Below, one piece after another: positions 25,006 through 37,900 of a stretch of DNA of 64,000 nucleotides. The position numbers and the translations under genes were made by a program. Positions within the stretch are counted from its first letter, which is position 1, and the number at the start of each line of letters is the position of its first letter. A model generated the notes under the pieces. It saw only the letters and a list, made by a program, of their open reading frames with translations, did not search any database and was not told the DNA's origin. Location: the NCBI GenBank assembly GCA_002269645.1, contig NIVC01000755.1, positions 304,985-368,984 on the forward strand, in the 5' to 3' direction. The stretch comes from Macrostomum lignano (Eukaryota).

Positions 25006-25454
25006 CCACCTTGATCTAGATAAGCTGCGAGGTTAAATTTTAAAGCAAATACTTTTCTTGCTACTGCAAGTAGCAAGTATTGTAAATGAAGTGTTTGCAT
25101 GTATTTGATACGAGCTAAATGTGCATTTAGTGAACGATAAATGAAAATCGAGAAGCAAGCTCAGCTGAGTAACGCAGCTCGTAATACAAAAGCGAGATAA
25201 AATCTACTTAATGAAATGATGGGTGTCGGTTTGCTAAACTCGCTGCACACTCGTAGACTTGACGACTGGACTGGGCTGTACCAGCAAACGATAGCAGTTG
25301 CCCCAGTTGGTGGGATTCCCCATTCTCGGTTGGTGCGATTCTAATGAATTTTTATTGAGTTTTTTTACAGGATTCGTTTTTGCAATTTGTAAAGCATAGC
25401 ATAGGAAGCTTCCAGTGCGGAACCGCGCAACCATTAAAAAATAGACAGCTGATG

Positions 25455-25785
25455 AGATTCTGTCAGAGATTCTGTCAGAGATTATGTCAGGGATTCTGTC
25501 AGGGATTATGTCAGGGATTCTGTCAGGGATTCTGTCAGGGATTCTGTCAGGGATTCTGTAAGGGATTCTGTCAGGAATTCTGTCAGGGATTCGGTCAGGG
25601 ATTCTGTCAGGGATTCTGTCAGGAATTCTGTCAGGGATTCTGTCAGGGATTCTGTCAGGGATTCTGTCAGGGATTCTGTCAGGGATTCTGTAAGGGATTC
25701 TGTCAGGGATTCTGTCAGGGATTCTGTCAGGGATTCTGTCAGGGATTCTGTCAGGGATTCTGTCAGGGATTCTGTCAGGGATTCT
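25455..25785. repeat. 12-bp minisatellite (GGGATTCTGTCA)
   Basis: Direct reading. Confidence 0.95.
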
Positions 25786-25829
25786 TTCCTCACTCACACC
25801 CACTAATCGCAGAAGCGGTCACACCGCTT

Positions 25830-26924
25830 TCACATCTGCTTGTCCATATCGAAAGTGACTCGGCCGCGACCAGCGCCAACCATTGGCAGCAGCGGCAGCG
25901 CGGCCTTCTCAGCAACCTCGGCGGTCGCAGACGAAGCCGACGTGGAGGCCGTCATTCCTTGCTGTCTGTGCAGATGTAGCGGAGGCCGCGGCGGCAGCGT
26001 GTTGACCAGGTCGGTGCCAGCGTCCATATTGACGTGAATCTCCAACGTGCGGATCTGGCCGTTGCCCTGCTGCTGAGCTGCCGCTGCCGGCTCCTCTTTG
26101 TCCCCGCCGACCCCAGCGCCGCCACCGTCGAGCCGGAGGCTTTTCTCCATCCGCTTCCGACGGACGTCGTAGCCGCAGAGAGCCACCGCCAGAGCAAAGT
26201 GACAGCCGGCGAAGACGAACAGCAGCGAGTAGGTGACGACCTGGTGCAGCTGCTTGCGGGCGGCGATGGCCTCGAGCAGGTCGGCAATGCAGTTGTCCTT
26301 GTGGAAGGCGAGCGCCAGACCCGGCGGCGGCTGTCGCTTTTCCCTTCTTCCAGGCGTCGCTGATGCTGTCGTGTGGTTGCACAGCCGCGGCAGGCGCCGG
26401 TCCAGCTTCCGGCAGCTGGCGAGGCCATCGCGGAACGGCCGGAAGCAGCTGAGACCTGGCCGCGAGCTGTCCAGTGTTGGACGGCCGGCGCAGGTCGCGT
26501 CCAGCGCCTCCCCCAGCTGCTCGCGCAGGTGATCATCGATGCGCACAGTCTGGTCGAAGGCGACCATGTAGCCGGCCAGGACGGACTCGCCGCACAGGCC
26601 GACCAGGAGGAAAACGCCCAGCGCCTTCGGGCTCTGGCAGCAGCAGGAGCAGAAGATGCTCAGCCAGACCAGGGAGACAACAAAGAACGGCACGGCCGCC
26701 TTCAGGCAGGGGTCTCGCTCCAAGAAGGAGGCGCAGCCGCCGAGCTGGCGGGTGCAGACCAGGTAGCCGATGCCGCTGGCCCCGCTCTGGGCGGCGGTGA
26801 GGCCCAGCAGGCCGCAGAGCAGGCCGGCCAGGCAGTGCCAGCTGCGCCTGTAGCGGCTGACCTGCGGCCGGCTGGGCGAGGCCCGCGGCAGCTGCAGGAT
26901 GCTGTCCACTAGGCAGCAGCACAT
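25830..26924 (-). CDS. Intronless four-transmembrane, divergent tetraspanin-like protein (~364 aa)
   Basis: GC3-rich 1.1-kb ORF with ATG at 26924. Four hydrophobic segments with tetraspanin-like spacing (CSCCC after TM2, Glu in TM3, Cys-containing loop ending KDNCIADL before TM4); no CCG motif. Family assignment is tentative. Confidence 0.65.
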   Translation of the reverse strand: MCCCLVDSILQLPRASPSRPQVSRYRRSWHCLAGLLCGLLGLTAAQSGASGIGYLVCTRQLGGCASFLERDPCLKAAVPFFVVSLVWLSIFCSCCCQSPKALGVFLLVGLCGESVLAGYMVAFDQTVRIDDHLREQLGEALDATCAGRPTLDSSRPGLSCFRPFRDGLASCRKLDRRLPRLCNHTTASATPGRREKRQPPPGLALAFHKDNCIADLLEAIAARKQLHQVVTYSLLFVFAGCHFALAVALCGYDVRRKRMEKSLRLDGGGAGVGGDKEEPAAAAQQQGNGQIRTLEIHVNMDAGTDLVNTLPPRPPLHLHRQQGMTASTSASSATAEVAEKAALPLLPMVGAGRGRVTFDMDKQM

Positions 26925-27074
26925 GGCGGCGGAGCGCCTGCGCAACGGCGGGATGGGAAGTCGCGACGTTTATGATGGAGCTGACTTGTTAAGCTGTACA
27001 TGGCTGTCTAGAACGTTCCCATAGACGTAAAAAACAATCTCGTAAATTTTTTGCATCATTGGAAACAAAAGTTT

Positions 27075-27400
27075 TTCTGAGAATCGCCCCTCGGAGAATC
27101 GCCCCTCGGAGAATCGCCCCTCGGAGAATCGCCCCTCGGAGAATCGCCCCTCGGAGAATCGCCCCTTGGATTCAATTTAATCGCCCTTCGGAGAATCGCC
27201 GCTTGGATTCAATTTAATCGCCCTTCGGAGAATCGCCCCTCGGATTCAATTTAATCCCCCCTCGGAGAAGTTCCCCTCGGAGAATCGCCCTCGGAGAATC
27301 GCCCCTTGGATTCAATTTAATCGCCCCTCGGAGAATCGCCCCTCGGAGAATCGCCCCTCGGTGAATCGCCCCTCGGAGAATCGCCCTTCGGAGAGTCGCC
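27075..27400. repeat. 15-bp minisatellite (GAGAATCGCCCCTCG) with interspersed GGATTCAATTTAATCGCCC variants
   Basis: Direct reading. Confidence 0.9.
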
Positions 27401-29504
27401 TGTAAGGCACCAAGAAGACTGAGCATCCTAGTAGGAGGTTCGATACCTCTACTAGCCAATTTAATCTACTTGAAATGTCTTCTCATACTCTGGTCCAACC
27501 AGAGAAATTCTTGTTTTTTCTGTATCTAGTTGGAGATTTGCACTCAGAGGTTTAGAATCAGAATTTGGTGCTCAGAAACGATAAAAGTGCACATAATTGA
27601 GACTTCCGCTCCGGCTGCAGGCTTTGGCAGCCGAGTTTTGAGCAGCTGGCGCAACTCACTGGCTGATGAATGCCTTGTAGCTTCGTGTGTGCCGCTGCGG
27701 CTGCTGCTGCAAGTGCTCCGCCGCCTCGGCCTGACCATTGTCAGGTAGGAACTGTAAGTCAGCGCCGTTGCTAAGGTTACCGGTATTAGAGCCAATTAGC
27801 AGCCGCCGCCGCTGCTGCTCTGCCGCGCTGTCCAAAGTGAACACCGCTGACGGCTTTGTCATCCGCGGTGCCGGGGAGCGGCGCTCTGCCCTGCCCAGCT
27901 CGCGGCAGTTTTGTTGCAAAGTTATCCCGCTGGCCGGTCCAGAGCGGGGCAGAGCGAGGGGACGGGGGGGCAGCTCGCTTTGAGCAGAAGAGAGCGGAGC
28001 GGCGTTGCAATTGGGATTTTAGCAGTGAGTGAATAAGGGGAGATCTGCCGGGTTACTGGGAGTGGCTGGCGCGAGCTCTGTCATAAATAATCCAGGACTG
28101 GGTCGGGATTGGGGAAGGGGAACAGACGGGAAGATTCTCCCCTCCCCTCGCCGATCCCCATCTCGTCTCTGCTCCGCAACGGCCAAACTGCAGCGGATTG
28201 CCGCCTGCGACGCCCCCGCTTTCAGCCACCGCCGCCGCTTCCACCTCTCCGCCGCCTTTACTTTTTCCTTTTTCCCCATCTCTTCTCCCGGCTGCTTGCC
28301 GGGCTGAGGGGGGGGGGTGGGCAAGTTTCGGGAGGCCACGGGAATCGGTCAGAAATGAGCTGAATGAGGAATGGGAGCGTAAAATGGGAGCGGGGGAGTT
28401 GGGGGGCGCATCTCCAGCCCGGCGGCGAGTTTGACCTGCCGTGGCTCTGGTCCCAATCCTGTCGCCTTGTACTTTCCGACATCGCAACTCGCGGGGGGCA
28501 GGCCTAATTATTAGCAAATATAATTTTCCACTTGTTGCCGGGCATGAATGAATAATTATCCCGCACTAAATTATGGGCAGGGAGTAGCAACAGCCCGTGT
28601 TCTCGGCGCAAATTCTATAAGACAAGAGCCATGCTGAACTCGCGAGCTGGCGTTCAACTTGAGCACTGAATAACTGAAGGAAGGCCTGCCCTGCTCCCGT
28701 GTGTCTCTGTAGAAAGCGAACAGCGCTTGAAAGCTAAGAGAAAGTGAAGGCTTGAAGGAGACAGAGCAAACTAGTACAAGTGGGGGGTCTATAGCCTGCC
28801 TTTCTGCTCAGCATTGGGGAAAACTTGACCCAACAAGCCATTCGCCTGTGTCGTCAAAGTCAAACTTTGCGGTGACCGATTCCTCTTGCACTCCACTGCA
28901 ACGCCTGCCTGACAAGTCTACCCCTTGATCCGGGCTTCTGTCAGCCCTAACTCTGCCTCTGCCCCGGATTTGGGTGCACTAATTGAGTGCCAGACTGACA
29001 GGCAGACAGACAGCAGGCAGTTTGCGTTCAGGGACCAAATTGACTGCTGACGGAAGCCTCTAACGACAGGCGGGGTTGCCGTGGGAGGTTCGGAGAGTAA
29101 TTAGCCGCCTGGGCTGCCTAATGCGCCGCTGGATTTGCCGACAGCAGCGCGGCCTAATCTGATCGACGTCAATGGGAGCGCTCGACACTTGTGCAGGCAA
29201 AGGCACACAGGCCATCCGCACGCCTCATCGATGGGCTGTAGGCGATAAGTAGACTCAGGATGCAGGGTGGAGGCTGCGAGACTCATGCAAGGCGAATAAT
29301 TCGATTTCATCATCTCCTACTAAATTGGGTCTAACCACGCTTTGAACCTCTGTCAACCAGACCCTTTGTGCATCGGTGCTATGTTTCGTTTGTAACCCAT
29401 ACCCCGCGGCCCAAAACATAAACAAACCGAAAATACATAAATCTCCGTCGAAGACAGGAACTCCTCCTTAAACAAAATTGGTGTTGGACTTTTAGCGGCT
29501 TTCA

Positions 29505-30218
29505 GAAGCTCCGCTAGTCCCCAACCTTCAGGGGACTCCGCTAGTCCCCAACCTTCAGGGGACTCCGCTAGTCCCCAACCTTCAAGGGACTCCGCTAGTC
29601 CCCAACCTTCAGGGGACTTCGCTAGTCCCCAACCTTCAGTTGACTTCGCTAGTCCCCAACCTTCAGGGGACTCCGCTAGTCCCCAACCTTCAGGGGACTC
29701 CGCTAGTCCCCAACCTTCAGGGGACTCCGCTAGTCCCCAACCTTCAGGGGACTTCGCTAGTCCCCAACCTTCAGGGGACTCCGCTAGTCCCCAACCTTCA
29801 GGGGACTCCGCTAGTCCCCAACCTTCAGGGGACTCCGCTAGTCCCCAACCTTCAGGGGACTCCGCTAGTCCCCAACCTTCAGGGGACTCCGCTAGTCCCC
29901 AACCTTCAGGGGACTCCGCTAGTCCCCAACCTTCCTGGGGCTCCGCTAGTCCCCAACCTTCCTGGGACTCCGCTAGTCCCCAACCTTCAGGGGACTTCGC
30001 TAGTCCCCAACCTTCCTGGGGCTCCGCTAGTCCCCAACCTTCAGGGGACTCCGCTAGTCCCCAACCTTCAGGGAACTCCACTAGTCCCCAACCTTCAGGG
30101 GACTCCGCTAGTCCCCAACCTTCAGGGGACTCCGCTAGTCCCCAACCTTCAGGGAACTCCACTAGTCCCCAACCTTCAGGGGACTCCGCTAGTCCCCAAC
30201 CTTCAGGGGACTCCGCTA
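29505..30218. repeat. 27-bp minisatellite (CCCCAACCTTCAGGGGACTCCGCTAGT), ~26 copies
   Basis: Direct reading; explains the GLAESPEGW ORF. Confidence 0.95.
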
Positions 30219-30499
30219 CTCCGCAGATTTCAACGCCCAACACGCCGACTACTTGCAGAAAAAGTGCAACAAAGTTTCCTATAAAAATATTACTCTGCAT
30301 CTGCTGCTGAAATTCTATACACCGGAAGCGGCTCTCGCCTTGGCATCAAATATACGAGCTGGTAATTTCCGAGCTCAGCAACTTCGGAAAAATCCGATTG
30401 GTTGCTACACCCGGGATCTGGAGGAATTATTTTAGACAAGATCGAGTTGCCAATTATTATGCTAATGAGCTGCTGCTGCGTGGCCAAGATTTGCATGCC

Positions 30500-30606
30500 C
30501 TGACTGACTGACTGACTGACTGACTGACTGACTGACTGACTGACTGACTGACTGACTGACTGACTGACTGACTGACTGACTGACTGACTGACTGGCTGAC
30601 TGACTA
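30500..30606. repeat. (CTGA)n microsatellite
   Basis: Direct reading. Confidence 0.97.
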
Positions 30607-32521
30607 ACATATAATTCCCTAGTCCAAGTGCTTCGTGTCAGGAGTCCTTGACCGGCACAAAGCTGCAGGTTAATGACGTGTCGCTGGCCGATTTTGGCCT
30701 CATTTGGCTGGCCAGATCGAAGCGGCCGCTTGAAGAACAGCCGCAGCTGTCAATCAATTCGGGCCGGCCATGCTGGGTGCCATTGGGACCCGAGTTCCCT
30801 CTCCCCGGCTGTGTCCAAACCAGCCTTATCGATTCGGATTTTACTCATCCGAGCAAGCCGATATATCGACACCAAATCCCCGAGCTGAGTTTTTGTCCTT
30901 TCTGTCTGCCGAAGCAAAAATCCCCAGAGTGCCCCCCCCCCTCCAAACCCTCCCCGCTTCTCGAGTTCCGCCGGTGCCTCCCCAGCCCAGATGCGGATTT
31001 GACAGGCCTCCGGAGCAAGTGGATAACTGCGCACCCGTTTAATGGAGCGTCCGCCGGGTGGGCCCAGCGCCGCCTTACCGAAGGAGCAGACGAAGCCGAA
31101 GTCGCAGGATCCACAGCCGATTCTCCGAGCTTCTGCCGCCGCCGCCGCCGCCTCGGCCGGGGAGATTCGCCGTCAAAACCGCCGGGCGGGGATCCCCTTT
31201 TAGAGCAGGGATCGGAGTCAATCAAATTTGGCTGCCAGCTCCCTCGCGCAGTGGCTCGCCGCCGTGTCCAACAGAGAGCAAGCGGCGAGAGCTGCTCCCC
31301 TGCTGCTCTCCATCGCTGTTGCTTCGCCTCTCCGCCAAGCCCGCGCGCTTTAGGGCGGGATTTTTCTCCCCCAGATACCGGCAGCGCGTGGGGGATGCCG
31401 GGCTGGCTAACAAGCGCCGAGAAACTGGAGGTCCGGAGGGTTGGGAGCGGTTCGAAGTTTGGCGACTAGCGAGCGGCCGAGTAGCCAGCCTCCAGCGAAG
31501 CCTCATATTATACCCCAAATGAGGGATTTGAGAACCGCGGAGGCGGGACAGGCGGGAAGACAAAGCAAGGCAGGGCTGGCCTCCGGGATCTGCTCTAGAG
31601 TAAAAGTCCCAGCAGTAAAAGGGATTTCAAGTCTGCCCCGAACTGCAAATCAAATCCCAATAAGTTTCTCCCCTGACCGCTGGCCTTGGCTCACCCAAGT
31701 TCATCCCCGCAGTCCCGCTGGATTTGAATAATTAAGTTTATACCCTCTGTATTTTGTAGCGAAATAAAATACAGTGCAATGCTTGCTCATCGGTCTGATT
31801 AAAATCTACGATTTTTATTAGTTAATAATTGACTGAATTCAGTTGCCAGCTCGATCGGGTGGGTTGGCTGTTGGATCAATACGCTCTGAGCTGCAGTTCA
31901 ACTCAGTCGGAGAGTTACTGCGAATGCCAGCAACTATTCTAGAAATTACAACTCAAACTTGAAAGCACGCACAACAACTAAATGTGCAATATACTCAAAA
32001 AGCACAGCTTAGAACGCGGGGAGTTTGCTGCTACTTCTAGTACGAAGCAATGTGCATTGCCATTATTTTGAACCCTCCTCTGTAAAACATTTGACTCGCC
32101 GTACGAAGAGGGCCAGGCCGGGACAACCTTCTGGGCGCTCTGGCAGGCGCGGGGTGGCACACAATTTCCAGCCAAAAAGCAAGTTGATCAGAGAGGTCAA
32201 AGCCGGGAAACTCACAGGACGGACTCGAGGTGCGGATGCATGCAAAAAAATTACAAAAAGATCCTTCGGAATTCTGCCAAAGAGCAGCAAGACAAGTGTG
32301 CAAAGCTGGAATAGCGACAGACAGAATGAAGCAAAAATAGGAAAAGATTAGAAAATGTGGATCCACGAGCATGGATACACCACTATCATCAGAGCTCTAG
32401 AAAATTAATAAAAGACCAGGAAATGTTAGCGTAAAGACAAACACAACATTTACTTCTATAAAATTCATTTTAACAACTACAAGATTTTAAGGCTTTGAAG
32501 AGATGTCGGATAGGGGTAGAG

Positions 32522-32745
32522 AAGCCTGAAGGACACGGGGTCAAGGGGTAGCCGAGCCTGAAGGACACGGGGTCAAGGGGTAGCCGAGCCTGAAGGACAC
32601 GGGGTCAAAGGGGTAGCGGAGCCTGAAGGACACGGGGTCAAGGAGTAGCGGAGCCTGAAGGACACGGGGTCAAGGGGTAGCCGAGCCTGAAGGACACAGG
32701 GTCAAGGATAGAGGAGCCTGAAGGACACAGGGTCAAGGGGTAGCG
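32522..32745. repeat. 32-bp minisatellite (GAGCCTGAAGGACACGGGGTCAAGGGGTAGCC), ~7 copies
   Basis: Direct reading. Confidence 0.92.
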
Positions 32746-32901
32746 GATGATTGCCAAATCCGGCTGCATGTATTTTGAGCTTTCAGTGTACAACTTGAAC
32801 TCTCTTCTCCTGGGTACAAGTGAGTTCTAGATATTTCACCAAATAACCCCGCATTTATAGTCACAGTTGCCATGACAACACGTCATGGACCAGTCAACCA
32901 G

Positions 32902-33447
32902 TTATTTCCTCGGTGGCAGCCGGCGCACCTCCTCGGCCAGCCAGTCGATTCCAGCCTGCAGGCCCTCGCCGGAGATGGCGTTGCTAGGCACGATGTTCCA
33001 GGACTTGTTGCTGAGGCAATCCTTCAGACCGAGCATCTGCGTGCACTTCACAGGTGACAGGGCATCTTTGTGGTCCATCTTGTTGGCGTAGAACAGGAAC
33101 GGGATGCCCCGTGTCCGGATGGCGTCGTGGGCCAGCAGCTGTTCCAGTTCGTCCTTGGCCACCACGAAGCGCAGCTTGTCCGAGCTGTCAATCACAAAGA
33201 TGATGGCGTCGCAGTCGCGGTAGTAGTGCTCCCACATGTTGCGGTAGCGGCCCTGCCCGGACATGTCAAAGCAGGTCATGCGCAGATTCTTCATCTCGAG
33301 GCGTTCAACGTTGAAGCCAACAGTCGGGACAATGTTCTGCATGGTGGCGTTGGCCGGCTTCAGCTTGTTGATGATGGTCGTCTTGCCGCTGTTGTCGAGT
33401 CCCACCACCAGAACATTTGCCTCTCGCTTGCCCAGAGCGCTGCCCAT
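32902..33447 (-). CDS. ARL6: ADP-ribosylation factor-like 6 (ARL6/BBS3) GTPase, intronless, 181 aa
   Basis: [51 protein letters not shown] and ANKMD are ARL6-diagnostic; in-frame stop 8 codons upstream of the ATG. Confidence 0.95.
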   Translation of the reverse strand: MGSALGKREANVLVVGLDNSGKTTIINKLKPANATMQNIVPTVGFNVERLEMKNLRMTCFDMSGQGRYRNMWEHYYRDCDAIIFVIDSSDKLRFVVAKDELEQLLAHDAIRTRGIPFLFYANKMDHKDALSPVKCTQMLGLKDCLSNKSWNIVPSNAISGEGLQAGIDWLAEEVRRLPPRK

Positions 33448-34618
33448 CCCGGACGAGATAAAGCATAGGGTTTAAAATTTATTGAATATGTTTAAATATG
33501 CGCGGGTATCATCTAGCTATATCATACTTAAAACTGGAAAAGCCAGACCTATCGCATTTATCAAATAATTTACTGGCATCACACTTTATAGCTCGTATTG
33601 AAAATTTTAGCTATATCGAAAAGTATTCAATTAATTCGTAACTCATATTGAAATACGTAAGAAACTGTACAGAAGCACCGGAAGAGTCATTAATAATGTA
33701 CAAGGCACTCTAGTTCCAAAAGTCAGATACATACACGATCATTACTAGTAGTTTTTAGCTTGGGCAAAGCAAAACAGAAAAAAAACAGTTTCATTTGAAT
33801 CAGGGAAAGATAGCAGAGATTGCTTGAATAAAAATAAGCCTTGTGCACTGAAAGTATATAATAATCTAGAGATGTGTTACTTGATTATTGAATCTTCTTT
33901 AACGATTTGAGATATCATTTTACTGCATGTAAGAAACAAATAGTTGTAAATGCAAGTAGGAATTGCTAAGAAACTATAATATTCTTGTTATTAACGCATT
34001 GAGCTGATTTGTATTAAATAAAAAATACAACTATTATTCGTTTAACAGTATTGTGTAGAATAATATAGGATAACAAATATCCAGTCATATAATTGCCATA
34101 TCCCTTATACTAAAAATGAAAATCTTGCTTGCTTGCTTGCTTTTTTATTGCCATATAAACGACCTAAAGTTAACACCCAATAAAATTGTTTTAGGTGATC
34201 TTAGTATGACACTATGACAAAGTCTGAGTCTCAGCCATAATATTTCAGAGCTTTCCAAGCTAAGCGCTCACAAATTTAAATCGACAAGCTTCCTTTTGCT
34301 TCAAGTTTGGATGCGAGCAATTCTTCGCATTCCTAAAAAACTTTGCTTTTAACCAAGTTAAATACAGCTAAATACACAGTAATATTGCTTAAATAAAAAT
34401 TTAAAGAGGACCTTTTATTTTAAAACTGTTTATTTTACATGCAAAGAGAAATAGTTGTGCTTTAGTCATTTTTCTTGATTACAATCTAAAGGTTTTGTTT
34501 TTATAAAATAACATTACACAATTATCGCGGATTCGCGGATTCGTTGGGTTCATTCTAAGAAACCAAAGCAGATCAAAATCAATAATTATGCTTACGCTTA
34601 CCAACTGCTGTAAAAGGT

Positions 34619-34923
34619 AATGGCTAGGGTTCCGGCACCGGAACCGGTTTTCTAATGGCTATGGATCCGGCAGTCTTCTGCAGGCAGTTATCTAATATCT
34701 ACTAATGAAGTCTTGAACATTAGAAGTATCTTGATTTGAATCTTATCGCTTCGTTTTGATCTTATCTTGAACAAAATCTCAATATCAACCACCCGTTAAA
34801 AAGTAAAATGTTTCTGCTAGCTATATTATACCCATAAATTGCACTACTGGAATACCACTGGCCGGATCCATAAGACCATATAGCCGTTAGAAAATGGGTT
34901 CCGGTGCCGGAACTCTAGCCATT
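34619..34923. mobile_element. MITE-like foldback element, ~305 bp, with ~45-55-bp imperfect terminal inverted repeats
   Basis: Left AATGGCTAGGGTTCCGGCACCGGAACCGGTTTTCTAATGGCTAT...GGATCCGGC matches the reverse complement of 34856-34923; no clear target-site duplication. Confidence 0.6.
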
Positions 34924-37900
34924 GCGGTTGTAAAAAAGGGCTCATCATCGGTCATTTGATTAAAAATTAAAAGTTACCTTTCTTTACCTAAAGCGAAATC
35001 GTAGCAGTATCGTTTTAATGATAATTGAGTCCTCGTCGCAGATTTAATGCTCGAATGCTTAATATTCTCTTAGTCTTAGCTTAGTAAAAATTTGTATCAA
35101 ATTATGCATTATTACATGATTGGTCATGTATACCTGCTAGTTTTTTATATACAGAGTAATTCACTTCTAATATCATTATTGTTTCTGATACTATCCAAAG
35201 ATTAGTAACAAATAACAAACAGAAAGTAATTTATTTTTTGGCATGAAATTATTAAATCATATTTTTACAAGTAGATTGATAATTTTAGGTATGACATGTC
35301 TATATTATTGACCCATTGATTTCCCTATTGTAGTACAATGTTAATTTGTAACCAATAAATGGCCATCATTATAGTAGAGTGTTTGGGACTAGCACAGATT
35401 GGCCCCTGGCAATGTAGGCACAGTCTGGTACATTGGCATAGTCTAGCATAGAAAATGGGGTTGTCCAGCATAGTTCAAACCTTGGCTGTTATAGAGATTG
35501 GTTATTGTTATTTCTTTTAAAAAGTGAAGTGAATATGTCCTTAAAGTTAAAATGGAAAAAAAAATTTCATACTTTTATTTGGGTTTTACTTTAACAAATG
35601 TAAAGAAAGCTTTTGTTATTATTTTTAATTATAGTAATGTTTACTTGCTTTATTATAACAATTTTCTATTAAAATTAGACTAAAAATAAACTCTCTAGAG
35701 GCTTTCTATAATACTAACAACAAAATACACTTGCACTATCTATAATTGGCAATAGACTATAGAGGGAAATATCAAAAATACTTACCTTTAAGCTGATCTA
35801 AAAAATTTAGCACTTCTAGTTAGATTCAAAATAGGGACTTTTGGCTATATTTTATTTTGTTTTGTAATATTATTTTCAAGTTTGAATTGGTGTAGGCCTA
35901 TATAGTACAACATTAGAAAATGATATCTATGGCCAAAAAGGATAGGATATAGAAGTCTTTTGTACAAGGCAAGTCAATAGTCTATAGTTAAAGTCTATAG
36001 GCCAACAATGTATGCATTGTTATACTACTTGTAATACTATAAAAATAATCCTAGGCACTAATTAAGTGAAAGTTTCAAAACATGCATGGCATTTCCAATG
36101 CCCTCTTTGAGGCATATCTAGAAAAGTTTCTCTAGTGCCACCTCTATTTTAGCTTAGCATTTGGTACTATGCTATTTTAAGTAGCACATTATTATCTATT
36201 ATGACTAATGTTTCTAACTAACTGCCTAATTGACTGACTGTTGATCTTGTTTAATTGTTATATTTACTATTAAAAATAATATTGCAAAACTAACTAGATT
36301 AGATTATCAGGCTTTAAAAGCTATATAGATAGCAAATCATTTGCCATTGGCCTTATTTCTATAAACCCAAATAGCAAGGTCTATTTTAGCTAATGCTTAA
36401 TACTTGTAACAACTTTCTTTATTTGTTTTTCACCTTCTGTCTCTTGCTCCTTTCTTATGCATTGTTGAATTTTGTTTCTTCTTATTCTAATTGGCAATTA
36501 AAGAATACAAAATCCCAAGTTTTGTCAATCCTAGGATTCCTAGGATTGGGATATCTCAGACTTTAAAAAATCTCAAGATTCTTGGATTGGGATATCCTGG
36601 ACTTTGCCAATCCTGGTATCCCAACAAATTGGGCTAGGATCCTGGGATAAAAAAGTTTCTAATTTTTGTTGGTACAATTTTGGTTTATGAAACCATTGAA
36701 TCTGATTTTAAATGGCTTTCAATAATAAAGTAGATTAGAACAAAATATTTTGGTCACAAAAAACTGACAGTGAGCTCTGAATTGGAATGTGATGTATAGA
36801 CTAGCATATTAGATATGCTATTTTACATGCCAGTATCAGCTCATGAAAATCACACTTGATTGTGATATAGCCTAGGGAATGATAGCTTATAGAGTTATAG
36901 CCCAAGGTACTAATACCAGGGTAGAAAGGGATCAGTTTTAAAGGTAGAGACTGCTTAAAGTATATATAGTTCTGCTACCACCTCTATGTTGGACATCTAA
37001 AGGATGTCCCAACAGTGCTAAGAATGAGGTCTTTCATATAAGGGGGGGCTTCTAATCTATGCAAGGTCGTGACCCCCTGATTTTAGCTGGGTTTGAGATC
37101 ATTCAAATGAACAATGATTTCATGATTTGACTCCCATCTAGCAAGCTATAGCACTGTGATTGGAACCAATGAGGAATTGGCCTCTATTGCTTTAGACTCT
37201 GTGTACAGGTTTTAGAATAAAAATTAAATTAGTCTGTGAGTACCATATGCACACAGTTGCATATATATTATTGCACCTGAAATCTCCTACAATCTTACAA
37301 CAGCTTCAGTTTTGTATCCCTGCAGCCTTAGCTTTCTCACTAGCCTACATGTTTAAAAGATTAATAAATCAAAGTAGGACAACTAGGATATGATTTTCAC
37401 CTGACAGTAGCTTAGCTGCAGATACTACTACTAGATAATGAATGATTGAATTATTGCAAGCCAGCATCGGGATCCAAATGGTCAATCCTGGGATTTTTGA
37501 ATCCTGGACAAGTGTGATCCCAGGATTTAGAATCCCAGGATTCAGGCATAATTGAAATCCCAGGATTTGGGCCTAATCCTAGATTTTGGGATCCTGGAAT
37601 TGTATTCCCTGTTGGCTATCTCTCTGTATCTTATATTTATCATTTTACCCTGCCTTTTGGTTGTGCCTTCTACTCACTCTCTATTGCACATGCTGACTTG
37701 TTTTAATTATTATTTTCTACCCCTCCCTTGTATTCTATTGCACAGTTTAAATTTGTATTTGCTAGAAATTTAACTTGCACAGTTAAGTGTCTTACAAATA
37801 TATACATTTGGACTGGCATCTCAATTGCTTGGTTTTGTGTCTTCAACTCAAAATAAAATACAAATAAATTATTTACAGTTATAATAGATTTTAGTGCTAG

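Noticed and set aside
27425-27456. Hairpin with a B-box/T-loop-like GGTTCGATACC
   Set aside because: No D-arm, anticodon arm or acceptor stem; at most a SINE/tRNA fragment
29353-30300. 315-aa GLAESPEGW-repeat ORF
   Set aside because: A stop-free frame of a 27-bp minisatellite; no splice signals or unique coding flanks
27530-31730. Many overlapping 60-270-aa ORFs in GC-rich stretches
   Set aside because: No recognisable domains, consistent splice signals or coding bias; expected in GC-rich non-coding DNA
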